From NCBI GenBank assembly GCA_964442965.1, contig CAYUBE010000002.1, forward strand, positions 1 through 63,682: a stretch of DNA of 63,682 nt, in the 5' to 3' direction. The notes beneath the pieces were generated by a model, which was not told the origin of the DNA, ran no database searches, and saw only the letters and a program-made list of their open reading frames with translations. Every line of letters starts with the position of its first letter. Position 1 is the first letter of the stretch. Origin of the DNA: an uncultured Candidatus Saccharibacteria bacterium (GTDB taxonomy: Bacteria > Patescibacteriota > Minisyncoccia > UBA6257 > 2-01-FULL-56-20). The translations under genes were made by a program, and so were the position numbers. This document shows positions 45,178-54,845 of this stretch, piece by piece.

Positions 45178-47037
45178 GTGAACATAAGATCATCATTGCT
45201 GGCATCGTTTTCGGTCATTATCGTCATTTTGGTTCTTGTGGGCGCGTTGCTCATGGTGCTTCAAAACAGCATCGAGCAGGAATATGAGATGATTGCGACG
45301 GATACCATGAGCGAATATCAACTTGGCGAGGGAGCGTCACAGCTCATCTCGACGTATACTTCCTTGCTACAGAATATCAACGATCCTTCGTTATCAGCCC
45401 AGTATCAAAACAACCTTGACGCGATCAATGTGGCTGCCTCAAATCTGGATGGAACGACGCTCTCAAGCGCAAGTGCCACCATTTATCAGCGCCTACGGAG
45501 CGAGATAGCCTTGCTTGAAGGATATATCGCGCATGGTGTGGCGAATGCTAAGCAGGGAGATTTTTCCCAAAGTGCGAATATTTTTGAGCAGGTAGATAAC
45601 GCCAACAATAGCATTCAGCAGGACACGGCAAGCCTCATCGTTTCGGATGTGGGCGGCATGGAGGAGACCCAGGGAAGCGTCAATACGACGGAAGCCCTGG
45701 AAAGGACCATAGGAATTATGATGATCATTATCGTGATCGGGGGCATCATTTTGCTTGCATTTCTTCTTTCAAACCGCCTCAGCCGTCCCATCATACGCCT
45801 TGCCGGCATCGCAGAAACCATTTCCGAGGGAGGATCCCTTGCGGCGCGCGTGGACGAAAAGCTCATGCACATGAAAAACGAGGTGGGAAGTCTGGCGCGG
45901 TCGTTTAACCACATGGTGCTGGATGTCGAAAAACGGGTTGATGATCGTACCAGGGAACTTCAGCAGGAACGAGCCCGGCTCTTGGCATCCATCAACAGTT
46001 TGCCGCTCGGTTTTCTTTTGCTCGATACTGCCGGAGTTGTCCTGATTGCGAATTCCGTAGCCAAGGAGAATTTTACCGGGCAGGATCTTACTTTGGCGTC
46101 GATCGGAAATCTTTTTGTTCCTGCTATGGACGCCACGGCTTTCAACGATCTGATGGCAAAGAAGCAGAGCTATGAGCTTCAGGAAGCTCAACTAGGAGAA
46201 AAATCATTCCGTATCATGGCGACCCCTGTTCTTCTTTCTGGATCTGACGAAAAAGACAGCCTCATAGGATCTGTCATGCTGATGGAAGATATTACCCAAG
46301 AAAAAATGCTTGAACGGTCGAAGAACACGTTCCTCGCCATTGCTGCCCATGAAATGAGAACGCCGCTCACAGTCATCAGGGGGGAGGCTGAACTAATGTT
46401 CGATGAACCGTCGGTTGGCTTGGACACCGGGTTGAAAGCGCAGATCGGCAGCATTCTTAACAGCGCAGTCCGCCTGCTGAGTATTGTGAACGATTTTCTC
46501 GATGTTCAAAATCTTGAAGGGGGCAGGGTTTCCCTGAATATCGAACCTGTCGACGCTGCGGGATTGATGAAAGATGTAATCCGCGATCTCTCAGTTCTTG
46601 CTGAGAAAAAAGGACTGACCATTACGCTCGATACCTCGCATGATCCCGAAGGGTTCATCCTCAATGTCGACAAGGGCCGTCTCCAGCAGATATATGTCAA
46701 CCTCATTAGTAATGCGATTCATTATACCGAGCATGGAGGAGTGGCCGTTTTCCTGAAAAAAGAGAGCAAGGTCATCAAGATCACCTTCGAGGATACGGGC
46801 ATTGGCATCGATGCAGAAGAGCAGCAGAGGCTGTTTCGAAAGTTTGAAACCGGGCGGGCATTTATTCAAAGCAGGGAATACGGCAGCGGCTTAGGGCTCT
46901 ATATTTCGCGTTTTCTCGCGCACCTTATGGGAGGTGATATTGTACTTGAAAGAAGTGAGCCGGGAAAAGGCAGTGTTTTTTGCCTGACCCTTCCGCTCAC
47001 CGGCCTACCACGAGGCCTTGGTTTGAAAAAGCCATAA
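45178..47037 (+). CDS. sensor histidine kinase
   Basis: GTG start. Two TM segments, HAMP, H-box AAHEMRTPLT, HATPase GLGLYISRFLAHLMGG. Confidence 0.9.
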   Translation: MNIRSSLLASFSVIIVILVLVGALLMVLQNSIEQEYEMIATDTMSEYQLGEGASQLISTYTSLLQNINDPSLSAQYQNNLDAINVAASNLDGTTLSSASATIYQRLRSEIALLEGYIAHGVANAKQGDFSQSANIFEQVDNANNSIQQDTASLIVSDVGGMEETQGSVNTTEALERTIGIMMIIIVIGGIILLAFLLSNRLSRPIIRLAGIAETISEGGSLAARVDEKLMHMKNEVGSLARSFNHMVLDVEKRVDDRTRELQQERARLLASINSLPLGFLLLDTAGVVLIANSVAKENFTGQDLTLASIGNLFVPAMDATAFNDLMAKKQSYELQEAQLGEKSFRIMATPVLLSGSDEKDSLIGSVMLMEDITQEKMLERSKNTFLAIAAHEMRTPLTVIRGEAELMFDEPSVGLDTGLKAQIGSILNSAVRLLSIVNDFLDVQNLEGGRVSLNIEPVDAAGLMKDVIRDLSVLAEKKGLTITLDTSHDPEGFILNVDKGRLQQIYVNLISNAIHYTEHGGVAVFLKKESKVIKITFEDTGIGIDAEEQQRLFRKFETGRAFIQSREYGSGLGLYISRFLAHLMGGDIVLERSEPGKGSVFCLTLPLTGLPRGLGLKKP

Positions 47038-47064
47038 AGATAGAGAGTGTGATATACTATACCT

Positions 47065-47469
47065 ATGGATATCAACCAAAAGCCCGCACTCATTCTTTTA
47101 GTCGACGACGAGGCCGATATACTTTCGATTTATAAGGCAAAATTGGATAAGGTTGGTTTTCGCGTTATAACTGCGTCGGATGGCGCGCAGGCAGTCCAGA
47201 TGGCGATCGACCAGCATCCCGATCTTATCCTGATGGACATGAAGATGCCCGTGATGGATGGCATCACGGCACAATCAAAATTAGAAGAAAATCCCGTAAC
47301 CAAAGACATCAAGGTGGTATTTCTTACGGCCTTCAGCGATCCGATGAATCCGGAGATTGACGAACGGTCGGCCAAGGAAAACGGCGCGTTCGATTTTATT
47401 AAGAAGGGTATCGGCCTTGATGAGCTCGTCGAGAAGGTTCGGGGATATTTGAACATGCCGAATGCGTAG
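47065..47469 (+). CDS. single-domain response regulator (CheY-like receiver)
   Basis: LLVDDE, LILMDMKMP (phospho-Asp), receiver Lys motif. Confidence 0.9.
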   Translation: MDINQKPALILLVDDEADILSIYKAKLDKVGFRVITASDGAQAVQMAIDQHPDLILMDMKMPVMDGITAQSKLEENPVTKDIKVVFLTAFSDPMNPEIDERSAKENGAFDFIKKGIGLDELVEKVRGYLNMPNA

Positions 47470-47490
47470 ATTTTTTGATATACTACCCAC

Positions 47491-47778
47491 ATGGTTAAAC
47501 TTATTGGAAATTACATCTGGCGCGGAGGAGAAAAAGTCGGTTGGATCGACGGGAATCATGTGCGCGACTATGAGGGCAAGCGGCTCGGTTATTTTCAGGA
47601 TAAATATGTGTACAACATGGATGGCCGCAAGATCGCGTACATAGAAGAGGATTATTTGATTTCCGAGGGATCCGGTACGGAGGCAAAAATACGTCTTGAT
47701 CAGGTTGCTGAGAACGTTCAAGGCGGCGTACTTCCGGAGATTGGCAAATGTGCGGTATATGTGTTGTTGGGAGATTAA
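47491..47778 (+). CDS. hypothetical protein with short G-x-[IV]-x-G repeats
   Basis: 95 aa. Repeats of the type VGWIDGNHVRDYEGKRLGYF. Confidence 0.5.
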   Translation: MVKLIGNYIWRGGEKVGWIDGNHVRDYEGKRLGYFQDKYVYNMDGRKIAYIEEDYLISEGSGTEAKIRLDQVAENVQGGVLPEIGKCAVYVLLGD

Positions 47779-47915
47779 TCTTGGTGTTTTATGGCATTTG
47801 GGTCGTTCCGAGCTTTGCGAGGAATCTTTTCGGCTGCTATAAAACTACAAAACCAGTTTTCAAGGGATGTCCCACAGAGCTCGACATGACCAAGCAAGGA
47901 CATTAAACTTCTTCC

Positions 47916-49127
47916 GTGAACTCTTCCGATTACAAACGGCTTCCGGAAACGCCCGGCGTCTATTTAATGAAAGACGCCGCAGGCAAGATTCTCTATGTCG
48001 GCAAAGCGGGAAATCTGCGCCGGCGGGTTTCGAGTTACTTTGAAAGACCTCACGATGTTCGTATCCAGACGCTGGTTGCCCGGATTGCAAACATTGATCA
48101 TCGTGAAACTGACACCGCGATCGAGGCGCTTATTCTGGAAGCGAAGCTGATTCGGAAACTTTCACCGCCGTTTAATATCAAAGAAAAAGACGACAAAAGC
48201 TTTCTTTCTATGGAGATTACCAACGAAAAGTTTCCGCGTGTTTTACTTGTGCGAGGGAAAGATATTACCGACGAAAAGATGGAACGATTCGGACCGTTCA
48301 CGTCGGCCTCGAGCGCGCGCGAAGCGTTGAAAATTCTCCGAAGAATATTTCCATGGAGTACGCATGACCCGGACCGGATCGGAAGCTTCAAGCGGCCGTG
48401 TTTCGATTACGAGATCGGACTGTGTCCTGGAACCTGCGTCGGCAGGATCTCTCGCGCGGATTATATGAAGAACATCAATCATCTCAAGCTTTTTCTCGAG
48501 GGAAAAAAAGCGCGGGTCGTAACAACACTTGAAAAAGAAATGACGACGGCAAGTAAAAAACTGGAATTCGAGAAGGCGGGAAGGTTGCGCGGGCAGATTT
48601 TCGCGTTAAAACATATCGAGGATACAGCATTCATTTCTGACTCCGAGATGGTTATGCCGAAGGCAGGAGAGTTTTCTGTTCGACCGTTCCGCATCGAGGG
48701 TTACGACATCTCGAACATTTCCGGAACCTCGGCGGTCGGTTCCATGGTTGTTTTTGAGAATGGTAAACCAAATAAAGATGAGTATCGCAAATTCAAAATC
48801 CGCACGGTCATCGGTTCGAACGATGTTGCGATGCTTACCGAAGTCCTGGAGCGACGTTTCAAACACGTCAATTGGCCACTGCCGAATCTGATCCTGATCG
48901 ACGGGGGATTACCACAAACGAATGCAGCTTATCGCGCTATGCGCGCCGCCGGTCTTAAAATCCCGCTCGTGGGGCTCGCGAAGGGTCCGGAGCGGAAACG
49001 GAATGATATCGTGGGTACCGCGCCGAAAAATGTGAGCTTGCAAACGCTGATCCAGGTCCGCGACGAAGCGCACCGTTTCGCGATCAGTTACCACAAAGCC
49101 TTGAGAAGAATAAAAACGTTTGAATAA
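47916..49127 (+). CDS. uvrC: excinuclease ABC subunit C, compact form
   Basis: GIY-YIG (GVYLMKDAAGKILYVGKA), UVR domain (EFEKAGRLRGQI), RNase H-like endonuclease domain. Only 403 aa, with no C-terminal (HhH)2. Confidence 0.85.
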   Translation: MNSSDYKRLPETPGVYLMKDAAGKILYVGKAGNLRRRVSSYFERPHDVRIQTLVARIANIDHRETDTAIEALILEAKLIRKLSPPFNIKEKDDKSFLSMEITNEKFPRVLLVRGKDITDEKMERFGPFTSASSAREALKILRRIFPWSTHDPDRIGSFKRPCFDYEIGLCPGTCVGRISRADYMKNINHLKLFLEGKKARVVTTLEKEMTTASKKLEFEKAGRLRGQIFALKHIEDTAFISDSEMVMPKAGEFSVRPFRIEGYDISNISGTSAVGSMVVFENGKPNKDEYRKFKIRTVIGSNDVAMLTEVLERRFKHVNWPLPNLILIDGGLPQTNAAYRAMRAAGLKIPLVGLAKGPERKRNDIVGTAPKNVSLQTLIQVRDEAHRFAISYHKALRRIKTFE

Positions 49128-49128
49128 T

Positions 49129-49722
49129 ATGAACTACGACGATTTGGTAGAAATCCTGAATTCCGGCGGAGCCGGCGTCCTTCCAACTGATACGCTTTAT
49201 GGCATTGTTGGTTTCGCATTAATGCCGGAGACGGTGAGAAGAATCTATCGTTTACGGAAGAGGAATTCCAAAAAGCCGATGATCGTTCTCGTTGCGTCGG
49301 TTGATGACCTCAAAAAATTCGGCATTACTGTTGATGCGCGAACAAGAAAGATTCTCTCGGAAGTTTGGCCCGGAAAGGTGAGTATTGTTTTGCCGATCGC
49401 GTCAGGCAAGAAATCAACACTCAAAAAATTTAGGTATCTCCATCGGGGTACGGGAGCGCTCGCATTCCGTGTTCCAAAATCAGCATGGCTTCGTGACTTA
49501 CTGCAGGAAACAGGGCCGCTCGTTGCGCCGAGTGCAAATTTCGAAGGCGAACCGCCGGCGTTGACTATTCCCGCCGCGAAAAAATATTTCGGAAAGAGCG
49601 TTGATTTTTATGCCGACGCCGGGAAGCTCGTTTCAAAGCCATCCACACTGATCAAAATAGAAAAGGGGAGGGTGATCGTTTTGCGTGAAGGTGCCGTAAG
49701 AATATCAAAGCATTTCATATAG
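49129..49722 (+). CDS. tsaC: L-threonylcarbamoyladenylate synthase (YrdC/TsaC family)
   Basis: LPTDTLYGIVG, APSANFEG, STLIK motifs. Confidence 0.85.
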   Translation: MNYDDLVEILNSGGAGVLPTDTLYGIVGFALMPETVRRIYRLRKRNSKKPMIVLVASVDDLKKFGITVDARTRKILSEVWPGKVSIVLPIASGKKSTLKKFRYLHRGTGALAFRVPKSAWLRDLLQETGPLVAPSANFEGEPPALTIPAAKKYFGKSVDFYADAGKLVSKPSTLIKIEKGRVIVLREGAVRISKHFI

Positions 49723-49802
49723 GCTCATTCGGTAGGATGGGCCTATATGAGCGCGTGGAGACGCATGGGCACGGAAGCAAATCTTGTTCTATAATGGAAG
49801 AT

Positions 49803-50291
49803 ATGGATAACGAACCAGTGATCATACCTCAACCGCCGCAGCCGCCAGCGCAGGCAATTTGCCCTATGTGCCATGAGCCGATCTCGCCGGACTATTACAT
49901 TTGGCAGCGAAATCACAAAGGAGAGTCAGCTTCTTTGTGGTTGAGCGAACCAAATGCAAAAAACATTGAAAATGTTTTTTATTTTTGTCCGAACTGCGGG
50001 ACGAAGCTGGCCGGCGGTAAGCCGCTTTCGACATCCTTTTTGACCCAGCTTTGGATATATCTTTTCAGTATCATCCTGCCGGCAATGGCTTTTTTGGGAA
50101 TTAAATATTGGCCCGGCGTGCAGTATTTGCGATCGCCAGATTGGGAAAAGAAACAGATCGGCATTGTTGCGATTATCCTGATGGCAGCGAGTACCATCGC
50201 CCTCGCATGGTGGGGTATAGTCTGGTTCGAGGGTTTTGTGTCGGCTTCAACGGGCGGACTCATGGGCGGTATGGGCAACCTCGGTGTTTGA
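49803..50291 (+). CDS. zinc-ribbon membrane protein, hypothetical
   Basis: CPMCH...CPNCG zinc ribbon followed by 2-3 TM segments. The start could also be 49794. Confidence 0.55.
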   Translation: MDNEPVIIPQPPQPPAQAICPMCHEPISPDYYIWQRNHKGESASLWLSEPNAKNIENVFYFCPNCGTKLAGGKPLSTSFLTQLWIYLFSIILPAMAFLGIKYWPGVQYLRSPDWEKKQIGIVAIILMAASTIALAWWGIVWFEGFVSASTGGLMGGMGNLGV

Positions 50292-50292
50292 T

Positions 50293-50320
50293 TGACATTA
50301 TCCGACCGGTCGGCTATCAT
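50293..50320 (+). promoter_or_regulatory. promoter of the rplJ-rplL unit
   Basis: TTGACA 50293-50298, 16-nt spacer, TATCAT 50315-50320. Confidence 0.6.
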
Positions 50321-50490
50321 GAAGCCACTTCCAAAGACCGCAGGCGTCCAAGAAATCCGTTTCGAAAATAGCCTATTCCTGAAGTAGTTTATTTTCGAAA
50401 CAGATTCTAAAAAGGAGTAGGCCCTGCCGAGGAGATTCAGTCCCGCAATTGTGGGGTTAGAACGAGCTTTGGAGAAAAGGTCGTTTTTTT

Positions 50491-50511
50491 ATTGAGATCG
50501 TATCTCGATAA
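50491..50511. repeat. REP-like palindrome copy in the rplJ leader
   Basis: ATTGAGATCGTATCTCGATAA, same core as 32664-32688. Confidence 0.85.
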
Positions 50512-50529
50512 ATTAAAGATTAAATTACT

Positions 50530-51051
50530 ATGAAATCAAAAGCACAGAAGCAGGAAGAACTGAACGAAGCTCGTGGGCTTTTGGAAAAAAGCCAGGCACT
50601 CGTCTTTACGGACTTCACAAAGGTTACCGCGGAAAAAGTGCGGCAGTTCCGCCGTGAACTCACGAAGGCAGATGCCGATTTTCTCGTCATCAAGAAACGG
50701 CTGCTCAGCATTCTTCTGAAAGAGAAGGGGATCGACGTTGATCTCGCGCAATTCAAAATCTCCGTCGGTACCATTTTTTCCCGCGGCGATGTTGAAAAGA
50801 TTGCGGGACCCGCGTTCGCATTCTTTTCGAAGCTTGAGGTTCCGGAAGGTGGTGCGAAAGACGTATGGGTAAAACATCTTCTCGGTGGCTATGACCTCGT
50901 CAAAAAGGAACCGCTCGATGGTGCGCAGATGGTCTACATCGGCAAACTCCCGCCCCGCGATGTGGTGCTGTCCCAGCTCTTGGGTATTCTTTCGGCCCCG
51001 ATTCGTTCATTTTTGTATGTGTTAGATCAAAAGTCGAAACAATCAAACTAA
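50530..51051 (+). CDS. rplJ: 50S ribosomal protein L10
   Basis: 173 aa, immediately precedes L7/L12. [20 protein letters not shown]. Confidence 0.9.
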   Translation: MKSKAQKQEELNEARGLLEKSQALVFTDFTKVTAEKVRQFRRELTKADADFLVIKKRLLSILLKEKGIDVDLAQFKISVGTIFSRGDVEKIAGPAFAFFSKLEVPEGGAKDVWVKHLLGGYDLVKKEPLDGAQMVYIGKLPPRDVVLSQLLGILSAPIRSFLYVLDQKSKQSN

Positions 51052-51055
51052 AACT

Positions 51056-51418
51056 ATGGCAAATCAAGAAGATATCATCAGTCAGATTGAAAAACTTTCA
51101 GTAGTCGAACTCGCCGAGCTCGTACACAAGCTCGAAGAGAAATTCGGTATCACGGCGGCAGCTCCGGCCGCGGCGGGTGCGGCTGCGGCAGGACCGGCGG
51201 AAGAGAAAGACAGTTTTAATGTTGTCCTCAAATCAGCCGGCGAAAGCAAGCTGAACGTCATCAAGGTTGTTCGCGAAGTGACGACCTTGGGTCTCAAGGA
51301 GGCGAAAGATCTCGTCGATGGCGCTCCGAAGACCGTCAAGGAGAACGTAAAGAAAGAAGAGGCGGAAGAGATCAAGAAGAAGTTGGTCGCGGCCGGTGCA
51401 ACGGTCGAGTTGCAATAA
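51056..51418 (+). CDS. rplL: 50S ribosomal protein L7/L12
   Basis: Ala-rich hinge, [23 protein letters not shown]. Confidence 0.95.
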   Translation: MANQEDIISQIEKLSVVELAELVHKLEEKFGITAAAPAAAGAAAAGPAEEKDSFNVVLKSAGESKLNVIKVVREVTTLGLKEAKDLVDGAPKTVKENVKKEEAEEIKKKLVAAGATVELQ

Positions 51419-51433
51419 TCTTTTGACCGTATA

Positions 51434-51465
51434 AAAATTGCCCCGCTGAAGCGGGGTAATTTTTA
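51434..51465 (+). terminator. intrinsic terminator after rplL
   Basis: AAAATTGCCCCGC-TGAA-GCGGGGTAATTTT. Confidence 0.8.
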
Positions 51466-51477
51466 TATTGAAGCCTG

Positions 51478-51549
51478 TGGGCGTTGCGGGGATCGGACCT
51501 GCGACCTCTTCGATGTGAACGAAGCGCTCTACCACTGAGCTAAACGCCC
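51478..51549 (-). tRNA. tRNA-Val (anticodon CAC), atypical T arm
   Basis: Acceptor GGGCGTT/AACGCCC, D arm GCTC-AGTGGTA-GAGC, anticodon loop TTCACAT. T arm GCAGG-TCCGATC-CCCGC has an A-C mismatch and reads TCC instead of TTC. Confidence 0.75.
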
Positions 51550-51725
51550 CCGCAACATCATAAAAGAAATCAGTCTGAATTTCAACGGTTTTAAGGTTAT
51601 CGCGATCTCGTGAAAACGAGAAGCCGCGAAGATTGGGTAATGTGAACGAGTTGGTACAGCCTTCGCTACACCTTGCGCGGCTTTTATTTTTAGAAATATT
51701 TAATGTCAACATGATATGTTTGCGG

Positions 51726-52133
51726 ATGATGAAAAAGGATTTTGCTGATTGGCATGATCTAAAAACAAAAATTCAGGGGGCAGAAAATTCACTATTCTTT
51801 CGAGAAAGGGAAATCTGGCTTTGCTATCTTGGTCTAAATCTTGGCCACGAGGAGGACGGAAAACAAGAGCTCTTTTTGCGCCCCGTCATCGTTTTTAGAA
51901 AATTCAGTCCAAATTTTTTCTGGGGCATACCGCTTACGAGCAAAGAAAAAGATGGATCATATTATTATCACTCGCGCTTTGCTGGAAAGGTCGGGACCGC
52001 CCTACTTTTTCAAATGAGATTAATGGATCGGAAACGATTATTCAGAAAAATAGGAACCATGCACCACCATAAATTTCTTGAAATGGCAGGAAAAGTTGGC
52101 CTTTTACTACCAAACGAAAACCCCTCGATATGA
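51726..52133 (+). CDS. PemK/MazF-like toxin family protein (no adjacent antitoxin ORF)
   Basis: REIWLCYLGLNLGHEEDGKQELFLRPVIVF resembles the MazF/PemK SH3-like core. Start at 51726 or 51711. Confidence 0.55.
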   Translation: MMKKDFADWHDLKTKIQGAENSLFFREREIWLCYLGLNLGHEEDGKQELFLRPVIVFRKFSPNFFWGIPLTSKEKDGSYYYHSRFAGKVGTALLFQMRLMDRKRLFRKIGTMHHHKFLEMAGKVGLLLPNENPSI

Positions 52134-52141
52134 GGGGTTTT
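52117..52141 (+). terminator. terminator hairpin overlapping the toxin stop codon
   Basis: AAAACCCCTC-GATAT-GAGGGGTTTT. Confidence 0.7.
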
Positions 52142-52360
52142 CTCGGAGGCCGAAGCCCAATGTAGCCTTTATATTACTCGCTCCATGTTACCTGTCAAAT
52201 AGAATTTTAACAAAATTTAATATTTGAGATAGCCCTCATTTTCATAGTTTTATTGACGGGTTCTGGGCTGTGCATATCTTATTTGACGCCCTCGGCCGAT
52301 TTGTTACACTGTCGAAAAGCCAGAGCGAAAGCCTAAAAAGGCATAAAATAAACTAAAAAA

Positions 52361-53500
52361 ATGAGCAAAGCCAAAAAAACCGTTTGGTGGGTTGTTGGCG
52401 TGGTGGTTGTGGTCGGTCTCGTCTGGTGGGGGATTGCAAGAAATAATGCATCAGCAAATATGGTTAAAATAGGGGCTATGCTGCCCCTTACGGGTGATGC
52501 GGCTGTTTATGGAGAACCCATGGATAATGTTTTGCATCTTGCCGCAAATGAGATTAATGCCCAGGGTGGTATCAATGGCAAACCGATAGAGTTGCTTGTT
52601 GAAGATTCGAAATGCGACGGGACCGATGCGGCAAACGCGGCTCAAAAGTTGATCAATGTTGATAATGTGCAAGTAATTATCGGTGGTCTTTGTAGTGGCG
52701 AATCATTGGCTGCAGTTCCCATTGCTCAACAGGCTAAAGTATTCCTTTTTTCTGGCGGTTCATCCAGTCCGAAGCTTACCAGTTCAAGTTTATACTTTGC
52801 CCGCGATTACCCGAGCGATTCTGCACAGGGAAAGGTTCTTGCTGATGCAGCATGGAATACAAAGCACTGGAAATCCGTTGCCGTTGTACAGGAACAAACT
52901 GATTATGCGGTCGGGGTTTACGGTGCTTTCAATGATGAATTTCAAAGCTTAGGCGGTAAGATTTTCAACCAATCATTTCCCACGGGCGCAACAGACGTTC
53001 GTTCAATGTTGACGGATTTGAAATCACAAAATCCTGATGCCCTTTTTATCATCACGCAAACACCACAGGAAACAGATAGAGTCATAGAACAATTACAAGA
53101 ATTAAAGTGGACTCCTCCACTTCTTGTTGATGACGTCATAGCGGGCGATCCCGCGACGCTCAAGGCGAATGCGAATATTCTCGAGGGAGCTTTGACTGCA
53201 GAATTTGGTGTTGATCCAACAAACCAGAAATTCGAGCATCTATTGTCAGCATATAAAGCTCAATACGGTAGCGATGTTCCCTATCAAAGCTATGAGCAAA
53301 CAATGTACGACGCGGTTTACTTGTTGGCTGATGGTATCAGAACAGTTGGTTACAATGGCACAGCGCTTGCCCAGTGGTCACGCACCGTCGGTAATTGGTC
53401 AGGTGCAACAGGGATGATCACGATTTTGCCGAGCGGTGATCCTGCGAGCGGTCATAGATTGGAAATGATACATAATGGTGTGGCGCAACCGGTTCAATAA
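52361..53500 (+). CDS. branched-chain amino acid-type ABC substrate-binding protein (LivJ-like)
   Basis: 379 aa, TM anchor, IGAMLPLTGDAAVYG...INAQGGINGKPIEL (Peripla_BP_6-like). Confidence 0.85.
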   Translation: MSKAKKTVWWVVGVVVVVGLVWWGIARNNASANMVKIGAMLPLTGDAAVYGEPMDNVLHLAANEINAQGGINGKPIELLVEDSKCDGTDAANAAQKLINVDNVQVIIGGLCSGESLAAVPIAQQAKVFLFSGGSSSPKLTSSSLYFARDYPSDSAQGKVLADAAWNTKHWKSVAVVQEQTDYAVGVYGAFNDEFQSLGGKIFNQSFPTGATDVRSMLTDLKSQNPDALFIITQTPQETDRVIEQLQELKWTPPLLVDDVIAGDPATLKANANILEGALTAEFGVDPTNQKFEHLLSAYKAQYGSDVPYQSYEQTMYDAVYLLADGIRTVGYNGTALAQWSRTVGNWSGATGMITILPSGDPASGHRLEMIHNGVAQPVQ

Positions 53501-53578
53501 TTAATATAAAAATCAACTTTCGTCGGGCTTTTAGTATTTCATCACTCTCGCAGGGTGCCGGTTTCCTCAAAATTAGTT

Positions 53579-53615
53579 CACCGGCTCATTCTACCGAATG
53601 AGCCGGTGTTTTTTT
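53579..53615 (+). terminator. GGCTCATTC-family terminator
   Basis: CACCGGCTCATTC-TACC-GAATGAGCCGGTG followed by TTTTTTT. Confidence 0.8.
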
Positions 53616-53707
53616 GACTTCCTGTTTCCTCGTGATTTTGATAGAATGATTGGGTATTTTCATTGGAAATTAGATATTAGAAATTGGGAATTAGAAATTT
53701 CTTCTAC

Positions 53708-54574
53708 ATGTCCATTCTTCCCCAGCTTATTGCGAACAGCCTGATCGCCGCGGGAACGTATGCGCTCATTGCGATCGGCTTCAATCTTATTTACGGAGCG
53801 ACAAAATTTTTTAACATGGCGCACGGCGTCATGGCGGCCGCCGGCGGCTACACGGTTTTCTTCCTGACGACGACGTACGCTCAGATGAATGTGATCGAAG
53901 CGGTTGTTCTTGGCATTCTCGTCGCCGGCGCTATTGGTTGGGGATTGGACCGAATCATCTATCGCGAGCTTCGCAAGCGACATGCATCGAACATGGTGTT
54001 TCTCGTGGCATCGCTTGGGGCATTTACCATCATTCAGGCGGTGATTGCGATGCTCTTCACCAGTCAATTCCAGACGCTTTCGAGCGCGGCGTCGGAACAG
54101 GTTTACACCATCTTTGGGGCATCGATCACGGAAACGCAGGTTCTTATCCTGACTTCTGTGGTCGCGGTATTCGTATTACTCTCGATCTTCCTGAAAGTGA
54201 CAATGTTCGGCAAGCAGGTTCGTGCGGTGAGCGACGATGAAGAAGTGGCGCGGATCGCGGGCATCAACACGGAAAAAGTGCTCGGATGGATATTCTTCAT
54301 CGGTTCGGCGATCGCGGGGCTCGGCGGCATTCTGATCGGCTTTGATACCGGCATCCAGCCGACGATGGGACTGGAACTGCTTTTAAAAGGGGTGATCGCC
54401 GCAATCATTGGGGGTGTCGGCAGCCTCTCGGGTGCGTTGCTCGGTGCCTTGCTTTTGGGGTTTGCGGAGAATTTCGGCATATGGAAGATTTCCGGTGAAT
54501 GGAAAGACGCCATCGCTTTCGGTTTGCTCATCTTGTTTTTGATTTTTAGACCACAGGGGATTATTAAAAGATGA
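53708..54574 (+). CDS. livH: branched-chain amino acid ABC permease LivH-type
   Basis: MSILPQLIANSLIAAGTYALIAIGFNLIYG. 288-aa polytopic protein. Confidence 0.88.
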   Translation: MSILPQLIANSLIAAGTYALIAIGFNLIYGATKFFNMAHGVMAAAGGYTVFFLTTTYAQMNVIEAVVLGILVAGAIGWGLDRIIYRELRKRHASNMVFLVASLGAFTIIQAVIAMLFTSQFQTLSSAASEQVYTIFGASITETQVLILTSVVAVFVLLSIFLKVTMFGKQVRAVSDDEEVARIAGINTEKVLGWIFFIGSAIAGLGGILIGFDTGIQPTMGLELLLKGVIAAIIGGVGSLSGALLGALLLGFAENFGIWKISGEWKDAIAFGLLILFLIFRPQGIIKR

Positions 54575-54617
54575 GCAAACCGAAAGCGAATTCCTAATTT
54601 CCAATATCTAATTCCTA

Positions 54618-54845
54618 ATGAAAAGCGAAATGATTAATTCTCAAAACGGAAAAATCTATGATTTAGAAGAACGAACTGCTCGATTCGGGGAGAATGTTAT
54701 TCAATTGATCAAAAAGATGCCAAGGACAATCATTTCTATTCCCTTGATAGATCAGCTTCTTCGAGCAGCAACCAGGGATATAATTCCTTTATGTTGCTCG
54801 CGAATACGTATGATCCGAATGCGCAGAAATGGGTCGCCAATATGA
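54618..54845 (+). pseudogene. truncated four-helix-bundle (23S rRNA IVS-type) protein gene
   Basis: The first ~50 aa (YDLEERTARFGENVIQLIKKMPRT...QLLRAATR) fit the family. The rest is out-of-family sequence read across a deletion junction near 54775-54785. Confidence 0.55.
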
